Source: Chiloscyllium plagiosum (Eukaryota). Taken from it: 64,000 nt of DNA. The stretch's first letter is position 1; each line of letters opens with the position of its first letter. The notes under the pieces were generated by a model. The model saw nothing but the letters and a program-made list of their open reading frames with translations, ran no database searches and was not told where the DNA came from. A program made the translations under genes and the position numbers. Below, piece by piece: positions 38,050-50,984 of the stretch. Location of the stretch: NCBI RefSeq assembly GCF_004010195.1, contig NC_057711.1:141874395-141938394 (forward strand), read 5' to 3'.

Positions 38050-38363
38050 TAAGTACACAATCCTTTATCCGAAAAGCTCAGAAATCTGAAATTCTTTTTG
38101 GGGAGTGTGGAGTGTCATTTTGGCGTGCGAACAGGTGACCCAACTCCGCACCCACTCAAACCACGTCACATAAATGTGACTTGGTGGTGTGGCCCAGCAT
38201 TGGCAAGTGTCAATTGTGTCTCAGCGCTCGTGCTATTCACACATGCATCTGCTGTTACGTAACTTTTTTTGATTTCACTGTGAAAACGTCATTTCTTCCA
38301 AAATCTGAAAAATTCTGAAAAGCAACTGGCCCGAAGGATTTCCGGTAAAGGATTGTGTACCTG
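38050..38363. mobile_element. Tc1/mariner (Tigger/pogo-like) MITE
   Basis: TIRs GTACACAATCCTTTATCCGAAA and TTTCCGGTAAAGGATTGTGTACCTG; TA flanks at 38048-38049 and 38364-38365; no ORF. Confidence 0.8.
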
Positions 38364-39169
38364 TATTAACTTCTCAACTTCCTTGTGAAAAGGATGTAGT
38401 GATCCAGCAAACATATATGATTTTGCAACTCACCCTGTCCTTCCCCTTTAACCAGCATCCTGTGCTCAGATCCCAGGGTCTGCAGCCTCTGCCTTTCGCT
38501 GCCAGGGTCTTGGTTTTGAAGGAAGTCCACCTCTTCGGGTGGGACCATGATTATATCCAAAGCGGAAGAGAGGATTATTGATTGTTGTCTAGAATTTTCA
38601 GATGCAATAATGTAGTTTTTATAATTTATCTCTGGTCAATTAGGAATTCAATAAGCTACCATTAAGGTCTATAAACCATCTTCCAATCCATGTTAAATTG
38701 TATTCATGGAAAAAAAAACCCAATAAAAATCAAATGATTGATATAAAAACCACGACGTGGTGAGGCAGACCTAGCTGAGCACATAATCTAGGAAGTAAAA
38801 CTCTCCATAGCACTTTTCAAAGAGATGCAGGGGATTCCTCCCTATGTCAAGATCAAGATCATGATTCTGCTAATAGGGCTAAAATATAATAACTGGTCAT
38901 TTATGCCATTGTGCCACATAGATTGGCTGCTCTGTTACCTTATGTTACAGCAGTAATTACTGCCTCAACTGGCTGTAACTGCAAATTGTTTGCTTTCATG
39001 TTACATGTTGATCAATATTTATATTCTGTTGACTTTGCATTAAAAAAAATTCAAACCCACTTGCATTTTTTGAAGAACTAGTCACTATCATTGAATGGTT
39101 GTGAACTAGTTCTCCTACCAATTTTTTTTCAACTCTTTCACATAATAACAATACTTTAGATCGTCCCCT

Positions 39170-39535
39170 TTGTTTTATTTACTCAGAGGGTGTGGACGCC
39201 ACTGGCTGGCCAGCATTTATTGCCTGTCCCTAGTTGTCCTTGAAAACAGCTCACCACCATCTTCATGCTGTGGGTTAACCCACAATGCCCTTATGGATGG
39301 AAATTTGACCATTCCTTCACTGTCAAAGGGTGATATATTTCCCAGTCAGGATGGTGAGTGGCAGGTGTTAGTGTTTCCACTGTATCTGCTGCCCTTGTCC
39401 TTCTAGATGGAAGTGATCTTGGGTGTGAAAGTGCTATCTAAGGATTTTTGGTGAATTTCTGTGGTGTATCTTGTAGTTAGTAGCAGCAGTATGTACTGAG
39501 TGTCGGTGGTGGAGAGAGTGGATGCTGTGCCACAT
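39170..39535 (-). mobile_element. Old CR1/L2-like LINE 3' tail
   Basis: GGCTGGCCAGCATTTATTGCC...TAGTTGTCCTTGA matches the shared tail. Confidence 0.65.
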
Positions 39536-40652
39536 CCCTGATGGGGAATCTTCCTTTCTGTACTGCGTCTAAAGGTCATTTGGTAATAGTAGCCGAGGGT
39601 GAACACAAAAATAATCCTAAAGAAGCATTGCATTTGTCTTCCTTAACAGCATTTGAACTTGAATGTTTTATTGTCACTTCCATTCTGCAATGAATAATTC
39701 AGTAAAATTCAATGAAAAGCTTCAATTATCTCCACAACCTGGCACCATTTTGAATAGTTTAAGAATAAAGAATGAAAACATATCACTGAAAAAGAGCATA
39801 TCTTCATTTCGCTGCCTCTACCTTGAGTCCTGAGTCAGTTCACCAGTGACCCGTTCCACGCATCCTCCCCCACCTGTGCCAGACCCACCATCATAGGAAT
39901 TGCCACTCTTTAGGTGCCATCTCTTGCTGCTGGGCCCACCTTGCCTCCGCTGAGTCACGTGCTGAATCCACACTTGCCCTGCAACCAGGTGTCCTCTGCT
40001 CTCCTGCTGCTACTACCTCACTGATGACCAGGAGTCCCCACTCCGCGTCTATTAAAACAACAACTGGGAGCCCAGAGTTCCACAGCTTCCTTGATAATAC
40101 TAGGAGTCTCTGCTCCAGGCATACCATGTGTAGTTTATTGCATAATAACAAATAGGTATGAGTTACATTGGCTAGTTAAACATAATTAATATTATCAGGA
40201 GCTGTAGATAACAAATCTGACCCCATCAGTATCTTGAGCTAGAATCCTGATTCTCCACCCAGCATCAGATCAAGTGGTGATTAAATGCAGTTTTCAATGT
40301 TAATGCTTTCAGAACCATTACCTTCATACACTATCTCCAGCTCCTTCCTGCTGTCCAAAAAGTTAACAGATTTCCAGAACTCCATTACTCAAATTTGAAA
40401 TAAAGTACATGGATACTTGAGGGTGACTGATGAAGACATAACTACTTTTCATTAGAGGAAAAATACACAATAATTGCAATTAATATGAACATTAATAATA
40501 GCCATTATTGACTGAGAAAATATGCTGTCTACCACATTAACTTTGACCTGTTATCAGGATAAAAGCTAGGTCATACCACCTTTTCAGAATGGGCTTATTC
40601 TGTTTCCTCACAGGTCGCGTTGAGTTACTCGCCAGCACTTTTAGTTATTTTC

Positions 40653-41050
40653 AGAGTCATAGAGTTGTACAGCAAGGAAACAGACCCTAAGGTCCAACTT
40701 GTCACTGCTGGCCAGATATCCTGAATTAATCTAGGTGTCCCATTGGGCCAGCATTTCTCTAAATACTTCATATTCATGTACCCATCCAGATGCTGTTTAA
40801 ATGTTGTAATTGTAACATTTGGCAATTCATTCCATTCATGCACCATCCTCTACTTGGAAAAAATTACCCCTCTGGTCCCTTTTATATCTTTCCCCTCTGA
40901 CCTCCAGTTTTGGACTTCCCTACACTGAGGGAAAAAGACCTTTACTATTCACTCTATCCATGTATCTCATGATTGTATCAACCTCTATAATGTCACCCTT
41001 CAGCATCCGACACTCCAGGGAAAATAGCCTTTGTTTATTCAGCTTTAACT
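40653..41050 (-). mobile_element. HER1/CR1 3' fragment
   Basis: AGAGTCATAGAG tail; WNELP and FKQHLDGYMN peptides. Confidence 0.8.
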
Positions 41051-42916
41051 AGAAGTCAGATTGATGTTAACTTTGTTAAATCCATTTATTAATCAGAATT
41101 CTTTAATACTAGTAAAATGCTTTGGCAGCATTTCCTCTTTTTAAGTGTCAGTCTTTGTTTAACAGAACTTGTGCATTTATCACTTGGTAGAACAGTGAGA
41201 GATTGTTGGGAGCACTGATGACCAGAGCTGCCTTCTCATTGAATGCCCTGAATAAAGTTGATACACTCAACAAATTACACAGTACAACCATTTCAAGGTA
41301 TCTTTATTATAATGTTCTACTCCTAAGGAAATCTGACACAGGAAATTGTTGTCAATTTGTCGTTGACGCTAGGACCAACTTCTGATTGATGGAGTGTTCA
41401 ATTTCTCATTTAAACTAGTAGGTTTCCTTCCTTAAATGGCCTGTGGATCCCAACATCAATGAAGGTCATTTTCTTGGGAGTTCCTCTGCCTGTGTGTCAC
41501 TCATCAATGCTAAAATCTCTTGCTCGGGGTTAATCCAACAGACCAACTTTATATTTTCCTGTCAAAGTTTGCTGACAGAGCAGTCTTTGCAATGAATACA
41601 GAATAAGGAACATTTGAGACCAATTTGTTTTTAATTGATTTCCTTGTGATTCTACGGATTCTTCTGATACCGTGCACTTCTGATGAGAAACATCCATGTC
41701 TCTCTTTGGGGAGAAGCAATGGAACAGCGAGGATATTGCAATTTGGCTCCTGAAGAACTTGTTCTGTGAGGATCTTTTATATTATCTGGCACATGTCAAA
41801 CTTTGACTTCTGTCAGTAAAAGAATGCTTTCATATCAACTCTAGTTAGATATATTCCTGGAGGCTTATTCATATGACCTCCCACTTTTAACAGTACCCCC
41901 CCAGCCCAGTTAAGTTATTTTGTTTTAATTGGGGCCCTCTGGAATGTTTTTATAGCTAATAATTGGTCGTCAAAAAGAAAAGCGACAGTAAACAAAATTT
42001 TACTTAGTACATCAATGACTTTTCTCTAGGGTTCTGCATAGCAAGGTTCGAGAGATTAATTCTTAGAAATGGTTGGGACAATCCAGAGGGTGATCTGTTG
42101 ATTTAATAGTGTTTCCCCTCCTTGTAAAACTGTAAAACCTTACTCTGGAAATTTTAAGAAAAGTTTACAATCAAGAATCTTGCAAGAAATGGAATTTTGT
42201 ATCCTCTGTCATCCCTTGGAGAATAGAGTGAAAGGATTTATAGACTGATACTATAGACTCTGAGAACCCATTATCCCTTATGCCAGCCCTCCAGGTAATT
42301 TGCCCTATTAGATAGTAAGAGATCATACCACTGTAGAAAGGACATTCATGTTACTGTAACCCGAATGTTCTTTTAATAGCTGTATCATCTGTTACCATCT
42401 GATAAGGTGAATTACCTGGGGGTTTGACATGACATTAATGGGCCATGCAGTCCACACAATGGCCATTCTTCAGATGCAAGTTTCATGCTAAATATCAATC
42501 AGGAATTCAGACCTGGAACTCTGCTGTCCATTGCAAAGACTGTCTGTCTGGAGTGAGATTCAAATCCTATACCTTCTGACTTGAGTCTGAATACTATCAC
42601 TAAGCCAAAGGATTAACTACCTCCGTGGACTAGTCAGATAAAACTGGAAGGAACCTGTGTACAAATTAAAATTTCTTCTTGTCAGGCATTCTGAGGGGAG
42701 CTCTTTGTTATTATGCAAAAAATTGGATTTGAGTGAGAGTATTTTGCAGTAAATCTGATCATTTTGTAACTTGCAAATTCTTAATAAATCCTGCAGGTCC
42801 CAGTTGTGAGGCTAATATTTGTGCCTTTTTATATATTTCTCGGATATGGGTGACACAGGCAAGGCTGTGTTATTGCCTGTTGCTAGTTGTCCAGAGAGCA
42901 TTAAGTCGACTGTGAT

Positions 42917-43712
42917 GTCATAGAATCATAAAGATCTACAGCACAGGAAAGGGTCCTTCAGTCCATTGAGTCTGCACTGGTCAAAAACAACCACCTCATT
43001 ATTCTAATCCAATTTTTCAGCACTTGGCTTATAGTCTTAATGCCTTTTCATCACAAAGTGTACAGCTAAATACTACTAAAATGTTATGATGGTTCTGCCT
43101 CTACCACCCTTGCAGATATTGAGTTCCAGATTCCCTCCCTAACGTCTCCTCTAAATTTTCTGCCCCTTAACTTAAATCTTCTGCCCCCAGTCATTGATTC
43201 CTCCATCAGGAGCACAGATTTCTTCATGTCTACCCTATCTAGACCCTTCATAATTTTATGCATCTCGATTATGTCCCCTTTCGGTCTCTGCTCTAAGGAC
43301 AACAACCTGAATCTATCAAATCTCTTTGCGTAGTTAAAACTTTTCAGCCCAGGCAACATCCTGCTTGATCTCCTCTTCAACCTCTTCAGTGCTGTCATAT
43401 CCCTCCTATAATGTGGATTTAAATTGTGCCTTGGCAAATAAGGTAAGTATGCCACATGCCTCTTTAAACATTTTGTTTGCTTGTCCTAATACCTTGTGGG
43501 ACCAGTGGACATGCACACCAGGTCTCTCGAGTCCTCACTGCTTCCCAGGGTCGTACCATTTATCATGTATCCCCTTGACTGACTTGTGCTGCCCAAATGC
43601 ATTACCTCACATTTATCAGATTGAATTTCATTTGCCATTGACCAGCCTGCCTATGTCCTTATGTAATATAAGGCTATTTTCCTCACTATTTACCAACCCT
43701 GCAATTTTTGAT
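42917..43712 (-). mobile_element. CR1 LINE 3' fragment (diverged)
   Basis: MLPGLKSFNY..KGDIIEMHKIMKGLDRVD peptide; CATAGAAT tail. Confidence 0.8.
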
Positions 43713-44959
43713 GTGTTGGAATGGGGATATGTGAAGGTCCAGGCTGGAAGGAGTGTCCTTTCCCTTTTATGTAGGACAAGAATGAAGCAGTTGGTTTTAA
43801 ACAATGATCTGGTCAATTTTATGGGAAAGAAGTCAAGAGAGAAGGGAGACGGAAAGAAAGAGAACCTTTCAACTTTAAGTTACTATTATAAAAGTCATCA
43901 TTCACAATATTCTCATTACATTATTCATGTCCACTGGATTCACATACAGGCCACTCTGAGTTGTGCTATCTGGTTCTATTCCCTGAAGAATGATAATGAT
44001 CCAATACTCTTTTGATAACAATCCAATATTTTTACTATCTGTTTTTACTTTGGTGCCAGGCACAAATTACTTGATTAGCTTCACTGCTTGCCCATGCTGA
44101 GAATTGAGCGAAGCCTTCTGGATTACTAGAATGATACCATAACCACAACATCCTATTTAAAATGCGATTTATATCCTTTCTGAATCAAGATGCTTTAGTG
44201 CTGTTCACTATTTATTTGCCTTTAAATGGTACAATAAGGACATCAGAAACATTCTTCATTCAAGCATTAACTTATCTACCAGTCTGTGACACTGAGCATC
44301 TGTCATACTGTCTTGGCTCATTTGACACATATTCCCTCTCTGAGGGAACATCAGCAATGGAAATTTGCTCAATTCTTTATCCAATTAAATCAAAACTTGG
44401 CAACAGTGCAGATGTCCTTAATGCACTCGCTGGCTCGTTGCAAGTCATATGAATTAGTGTGACTTTTTACCTACATTCTCAGTTATTGGGAACTATTTGC
44501 AATTATACTTGTCTGTTCAGAATTTCTAGATGCTGTTCTCATGGCATTCTGGGTGAGATTTTAACTTAGTGTGTTTCCTACAGTTATTAAAATGGCATGT
44601 TTATGTGTATTTGAAGTTTTGTTTTAATATTGTGAAATAACTCATTTATTTAGTGCCATTCATGACTGCAGGATGTCCTAAAGTACACTTAAGAAATTTT
44701 ATCACAGTTTTGATGTTGGAAACACAGCAGCCAATTTAGGCAATAACAGTCTTTACACTTGAAATAAAGATGGATAATTTCCAGGATTCTCCAGAGAGGA
44801 GCCTGAAAGGAAAATCGTTAAACATTTTTTGTCATTGTTGCAAAAACATTGAATATGATGTGGAATTTGGGAATTGGCCTCTAATATTTGAATGGAAATA
44901 GTCGTACCATCAGGCAATAGGTCTCTTCTTTTTCCTGTGTGTATGGGAAGGTAGGACTT

Positions 44960-46200
44960 TCTTATTCATGTGGAAAGTAGATGTCACTGGCTGGGCCAGC
45001 GTTTACTGCCTAACCCTAATTGTCCTGGAGAAGGTGGTGAGGTCTGCCTTGTGAATTGCTGCACTCCATTTTGTGTAGATAGACCCACAATACCGTTAGG
45101 AAGTGTATTCCAGGATTTTCACTCAACAACACTAAAGGCACAGCAATGTAGTTCCAAGCCAGGATAATGAGTGACTTGGAGGGGAACTTGCAGGTAGTGA
45201 TGTTCCCATGCATCTGCTGCCCTTCTAGATGTTAGCAGAGGTTATAGGTTTGGATGGTGCTGTCAAAGGAGCCTGGTGAGTTGTGGCATTGGCACCTTGT
45301 AGATAGTACGTTCTGCTACACTGCATCGATAATGAATGTTGAATGTGGTTGATATGCCAGTCAAGTGGGCTGCTTTTGCCTGAGTGGTGTCAGACTTTGT
45401 GTTGTTGGAGCTGCACTTGTCACGGGATCAGATCAGACAAGACCAAACCCCCTCAAAATATTTTGAGAAGGTAGCCTATACCCTAACTTTTTCTTATTTT
45501 AAATGTAGATGTGGAGTACATGTTCCAGATGGGATGTGACTGGTCAAACTACTCTACATTAAGCAAAACACAATTTATTCAAGCACTATAATTAAAATAC
45601 AAATAAATGAAAGAGGAATTTAGAATAACTTAACTATTGCAAAACTTAACCGAATAATAAATACAGTGCCAATTACTAATTAACTGTTCCAATATAGTAA
45701 CATCCCATAAGCACATCCCTTATCAAAATAGCAAATTCAAACACAGATTCTTGCATTCAGCTCTCCAATCGAGGAGGAAACATTGAGAGATTTCTGAGAA
45801 AGTAGCAGCTAGGAATCATTCACTGAAGCTTCCATCTCTTCTGGCACCCAAAACAGTTTCTGACTGTTAAAGCTAAAAGAAAAAGCTAGAAAGCCTGGTC
45901 TGAGAGAGCTGGTTACTCCCATTCAAGCTGCTTCCGTTGTTTAAAGTTTTTAAAAAGAACCTGAAAGCCTCCTAAATTGTTTATTTAAGCCATCTTCAAT
46001 AGCTAGTTTGGCACCTCTCTTCCAAAACAAAGGATACAATAACCTTATTGTCACACACTCAACCAGCCAAATGGGGAGTATTCCATCATGATCTTTACTT
46101 GAGCCTAGTAGATGATGGACAGGCTTTGGAGAGACAAGAGGTGATTTATCTGCTTCCGAATGCCTAGCCTCTGATATGCTGTTGTGACCACAATATTTAC
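44960..46200 (-). mobile_element. Old CR1/L2-like LINE 3' fragment interrupted by a solo LTR
   Basis: Shared tail; host sequence rejoins as GGAGCTGCACT|CAACCAGCCAAATGGGGAGTATTCC. Confidence 0.7.
45418..46055 (-). mobile_element. Solo LTR (638 bp, probably Gypsy-like)
   Basis: TGTCAC...TCACA termini (TG..CA); 4-bp TSD CACT at 45414-45417 and 46056-46059; minus-strand AATAAA near 45575. Strand is tentative. Confidence 0.75.
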
Positions 46201-46799
46201 ATGGGGTGCTGCAAGGACATCAAGGATTATCAAGTACCAAATGGTAAGCTGTGGAGCAAAGATGATGGAGGCAAGAGGTCACATGATGAAACCTTCAGAG
46301 ACCATTAACCACAGTTCCCATTCCTGCTGAGCATAACAGAAACCAGTATTACTCCCCAAATCTGTTTCCATTGAGACCAATAGGTCTATTGTTGTAGTGT
46401 CTCCTCATTATTCTCTGACTTTCGGTGCTTTGTGTATGTTTTAATCTGTTGTCTGTGGTCAGTCTCTTGTTTTATGATCCTAGCAACGATTGGTCATTGT
46501 GACTTTTCTCAAACTGAACTGTTCTTGTTGAAACCACTTCAGATGTGAAGCAACAGTATTTGGATTTGCTTTCTGGAGCATTAAAAATTTCCTCCTGAGC
46601 TACATTTTGTGTTAAATCAGTAGTTGCCAGAAAATTTGCTGATCAGAGCTTCTTTTACCAATTATCAATTAAACGTGATTTTGCCCTCCCACAAAGATGC
46701 TTCAGAAATTCTGGGTTGATCAGTTCAGAAGGAAGATAAAGGGAGCTGCTGTTGAGCACTTTGATAGTTATTTGGACTGTTTTTGCACTTGATTAATAT

Positions 46800-47127
46800 C
46801 ATAGGACTATTAATTCAGAATCCTAGTCTAATGTTCTGAATGCATGGGTTCAAATCCAGTCATGGCAGATGATGAAATCTAAATTAATTAAAAAAAAACT
46901 GAAATTAAAAGTTAGTCTAATAACGACCACATAACCACTGTTGATTATTGCAAGAAAAGCTCATCTGGTTCACTAATGTCCTTTTAAGGAAGGAAATCTG
47001 CCATCTTTACTTAGTCTGGCCTACATATAACTTCAAACCCACAGCAATGTGATTGATTCTTAACTCTGGGCAATAAATACAGGCCTAGCCAGCTGTACCC
47101 AAATCCAACGAACAACCTAAAAAAAAG
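46800..47127 (+). mobile_element. tRNA-derived SINE (second family, non-HE1)
   Basis: GGTTCAAATCC B box; CATCTGGTTCACTAATGTCCTTT core; GGGCAATAAAT..GGCCTAGCCAGC tail. Confidence 0.7.
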
Positions 47128-48209
47128 ATCTTCCTATCTGCCAATCAGAATGTACTGCATCACATTTATGTGTGCTGAGCTTCATTTCCCAATTATTTGT
47201 AGGTTTATTAATGTCCTCCTGTAACTTGTTGACTGTTTCTGTCCACAAGCAGTGATAATCATTATCCTGTTGCAGTAGCGTCGCTTTCAATATTGCCAGT
47301 TATATAGCATCTTGTGTTCTATTTAGTTTTGATTTACTCATTAGTTTGCAACTGAATGTTACAAAAAAGTCACATAGTTGGGGTTGTCAAAACTAAAGCA
47401 ATACCTCAAAATCCTTGAGTGTACATTGAGCTTCATGGAACAGTAGAGGAGGCCAGAGGTCTGAGTGGATTTAAAATAAAATAGAGATTTAAAATGTCAG
47501 GCAACAGAAAGCTCAGTCATGCTTGCGGGCCGAATAAAGGAATTCCCTGTTAAGTGATTGCCAAATCAATGTTTGTTCTCTCCAATGTGTTTACAATATA
47601 ATAAATTTGAAATATATACAAGTAAAATTGCTGTACTGCTTGGAGTGTTTGGCCCCTAGGACAGTGAGAAGGGAAAAGAGACAGGTGTTGTGTCCTTTGC
47701 TTTTGAATGGGGAACGGGGAACTGCCTTAAGGCAAGAAGAGCTTGAGAGTGATTGAAGTATGAACCAGGGTGTTGTGCAGGGAAATGGACCCTTTGCAAG
47801 CCTGAGCGATAGATGGGGTGGAGAAGATGTATTTCATGTTGGCAGCTTTATGTTAGTTTTGTAGTATCAGCAAAATTTGGCTAATTAGGGAGATGATGGC
47901 CTAGTGGTATTATTAATCCAGAGACCCAGGTAATGTTTGGGGATCTGGGTTCGAATCCCACCGTGGCAGATAGTGGAATTGGAATTCAAGTTAGAAATCT
48001 GGAATTAAGAGGTTAATGATGACCAAAAATCCATTGTAATTGTCAGAAAAACCCATCTGCTTCACGGAGGGCCATCTGTCATCCTTACCTGGTCTGGTCT
48101 ACATGTGACTCCAGATCCACAGCAATGTGGTTGATCAAAGTTTGTGAGAAGATTTGTAGCTGGGGTGCTCGTTGTTGTGGTTCTGTTTGCTGAGCTGGGA
48201 ATTTGTGTT

Positions 48210-48249
48210 GCAGACGTTTCGTCCCCTGTCTAGGTGACATCCTCAGTGC
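48210..48249 (-). ncRNA. Minimal hammerhead ribozyme motif (GUC site)
   Basis: GCA-CUGAGGA-U-GUCACCU(AGAC)AGGGGAC-GAAAC-GUC-UGC. Confidence 0.75.
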
Positions 48250-49248
48250 TTGGGAGCCTCCTGTGAAGCGCTTCTGTGATGTTTCCTCTAGCATTTATAG
48301 TGGTTTGTCTCTGCAGCTTCCGTTTGTCAGTTCCAGCTGTCCATTGCAGGTATATTGGGTCCAGGTCGATGTGCTTATTGACACACTCCACACTCTCAGG
48401 AATCCGATTCACTAGAGAGGAAGAAAAGGACAACCAACTCCCATTCCTAGACCTGATGGTACAGAGAACACCTAACGGAAAATTCACCACAAAGGTATAC
48501 AGGAAAGCCACACACACAGACCAAGTCCTGAACTACGAAAGTAACCACCCCAACACACACAAAAGAAGTTGCATCAAGACACTGTTCAAAAGGGCCACAA
48601 CACACTGCAGTGCAACAGAACTGCAAAAAGAGGAAGAAGAACACCTCTACAATGTATTCGCCAAAAACTGATAATCAACAGATGCCTAAGGGAAAGACAA
48701 CAGAACGAGGACATGCCGCAACCCAAAGGACTAGCCACACTACCATACATTAAGAGCATTTCTGAACTGAAGACCAGACTACTGCGACCACTAGGACTCA
48801 TAACAGCACACAAACCAACAGCCACTCTCAGACAACAACTCACCAGAATGAAGGGCCCGATACTCAGCATGAGCAAAACCATGCAAGGACTGCACAAAAC
48901 ACTACATAGGACAAACAGGAAGACAGCTAACGATCCGCATCCATGAACACCAACTAGCCACGAAACAACACGACCAGCTATCCTTAGTAGCCAGACACGC
49001 AGATGACAAGCAACATGAGTTCAACTGGGACAACACTACTATTATAGGACAAGCCAAACAGAGAACAGCCAGGGAACTCCTAGAGGCATGGCACACATCC
49101 ACAGATTCAATCAATAAGCACATCGACCTGGACCCAATATACCGACCACTGCAATGGACAGCTGGAACTGACAACCAGAAGCGGCAGGTACAAATCACTA
49201 TAAATACCAGAGGAAACATCACAGAAGCGCTTCACAGGAGGCTCCCAA

Positions 49249-49288
49249 GCACTGAGGATGTCACCTAGACAGGGGACGAAACATCTGC
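49249..49288 (+). ncRNA. Minimal hammerhead motif with a GUC-to-AUC change
   Basis: GCA-CUGAGGA-U-GUCACCU(AGAC)AGGGGAC-GAAAC-AUC-UGC. Confidence 0.6.
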
Positions 49289-49831
49289 AACGCAAATTCC
49301 CAATGTGGTGGATGCTTAACTGCCCTCTGAGCAATTAGAGATGGGCAATAAATGCTGGCCTAGCCAGCAATATCATCCCATGAATGAATAGAAAAGAAAT
49401 ACTTAACCAGCCAAAAATCTGGCAAGTAGTCAGATTGTAGCCAGTGTTACCAAATTTGATCAAATTAGAGCATGAGCGTTAGCTAATTAATATTCAGTCC
49501 ATTCCTACAGTCAGTATTGAAGCGGTGGAGCTATGTAAATAATTGGCATGCCTTTTCAGAATATGCATGAAATACAGAGCCTCCAGTCCAATTATGCAAG
49601 ATGAAAAGTTAATATGGTACACAACTGAGATAAACACATGACTGCACAGTAGTGAAACTGAAGTTCAACTTAACGTTTTTACTTTTTAGTCAAACAAATC
49701 CTCCTACAGAAATGTTTTATATTAGATTTTTCTCAGTGCTTCAACCATCTTTAATGTGGCATTTTAACACTTACCATAAAGTCTGAAAAACATTGTACCA
49801 GGCGTCATCATTTAATGGGCAAATCACATCT

Positions 49832-50153
49832 GATTAGATTAGATTAGATTACTTAGTGTGGAAACAGGCCTTTCGGCCCAACAAGTCCACACCGATCCGC
49901 CGAAGCGCAACTCACCCAGACCCATTCCCCTACATTTACCCCTTTACCTAACACTATGGGCAATTTAGCATGGCCAATTCACCTAACCTGCATATTTTTG
50001 GAGTATGGGAGGAAACCGGAGCACCTGGAGGAAACCCACACACACGGAGAGAATGTGCAAACTCCACACACACAGTCGCCTGAGGTGGGAATTGAACCCA
50101 GGTCTCTGGCGTTGTGAGGCAGCAGTGCTGACCACTGTGCCACCTCGCCGCCC
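49832..50153 (-). mobile_element. Full-length HE1-type V-SINE
   Basis: Head, V-domain and (TCTAA)n tail. Confidence 0.92.
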
Positions 50154-50984
50154 TCGCAAACATACCCACTCTTAGATGGATGCTGTGTAATATTTTGTAC
50201 ACAGGCAAATGCAGTGTAATCCATGGAAGTTGTGTACGTGAATGCCTGTATGTGAAGATTTGGATCCGTGGGGGGTGGGGCGTGTCTCTCTGTTCCATGA
50301 TCGGTCAGTAAACACTAGCAATTCAGTCTAGTTCTGTAAGATTTCAGACTTTATTGAATATCGGCCAGGCACAGGTTGTCCAGTAACTCAGGTGAAACAC
50401 TTCCATGTTCCTCAGAGAAACTGCACACGCTGCTTAAGACAAAGACTTTTCATACTTTTTTTTGAGAGAAGTACAGGGCATAATCACAGGGCACATTCAA
50501 ACAATTTCCAATCAATTTTAATTAAATGACTTCATTGACAGCATCTTAGCCCAAAGATATTTCCTGGGAACCAACCTTGTTTTCCACAACTTAAGCCATT
50601 CTTATCTCATGAACAGAGTTTTTGAACCTGTACTTGAAGGTCAGTTAGGATGGCTAGTAACGTTTTATCTAGTTTAGTTATTTCTATGCTGTAAAGAAGC
50701 ATTGTCTGCTAATCTTTGTAGAAGCCATTTTATGCAGCTTTAAGCAGAATTGTCAATTTGTGTCAGAGAAGCCATTTTGTCATATTATTTGCATTAAGAA
50801 TCCATTTTATTGCTGCCTATGTTAGTAAGGACATGTATTAAATGGTTATTCCTGATTACAACTAGTTACTTCGCCCTCTATTCAGATTTCAGATCCTCAT
50901 ACCAGCGTAACCTTGAGGGTTTTGTAATTATGCCCCCCCTTTGGTAAAGTGTGTACAACACTCCAAATGTAGAGTTTGTATTTT

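Larger units (their letters stand above)
48136..49300 (+). mobile_element. Poseidon-type PLE: inverted terminal repeat plus RT-thumb/GIY-YIG fragment
   Basis: QLPFLDLMV, KVYRKATHTDQVLNYESNHP, YIGQTGRQL; inverted arms 48196-48381 and 49111-49302; TSD CAATGTGGTTGAT (48123-48135) and CAATGTGGTGGAT (49301-49313). Confidence 0.92.
47888..49400 (+). mobile_element. Same SINE family, split by a PLE insertion (SINE parts ~47888-48135 and 49314-49400)
   Basis: TGGCCTAGTGG A box and GGTTCGAATCCC B box; tail resumes after 49313. Confidence 0.75.
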
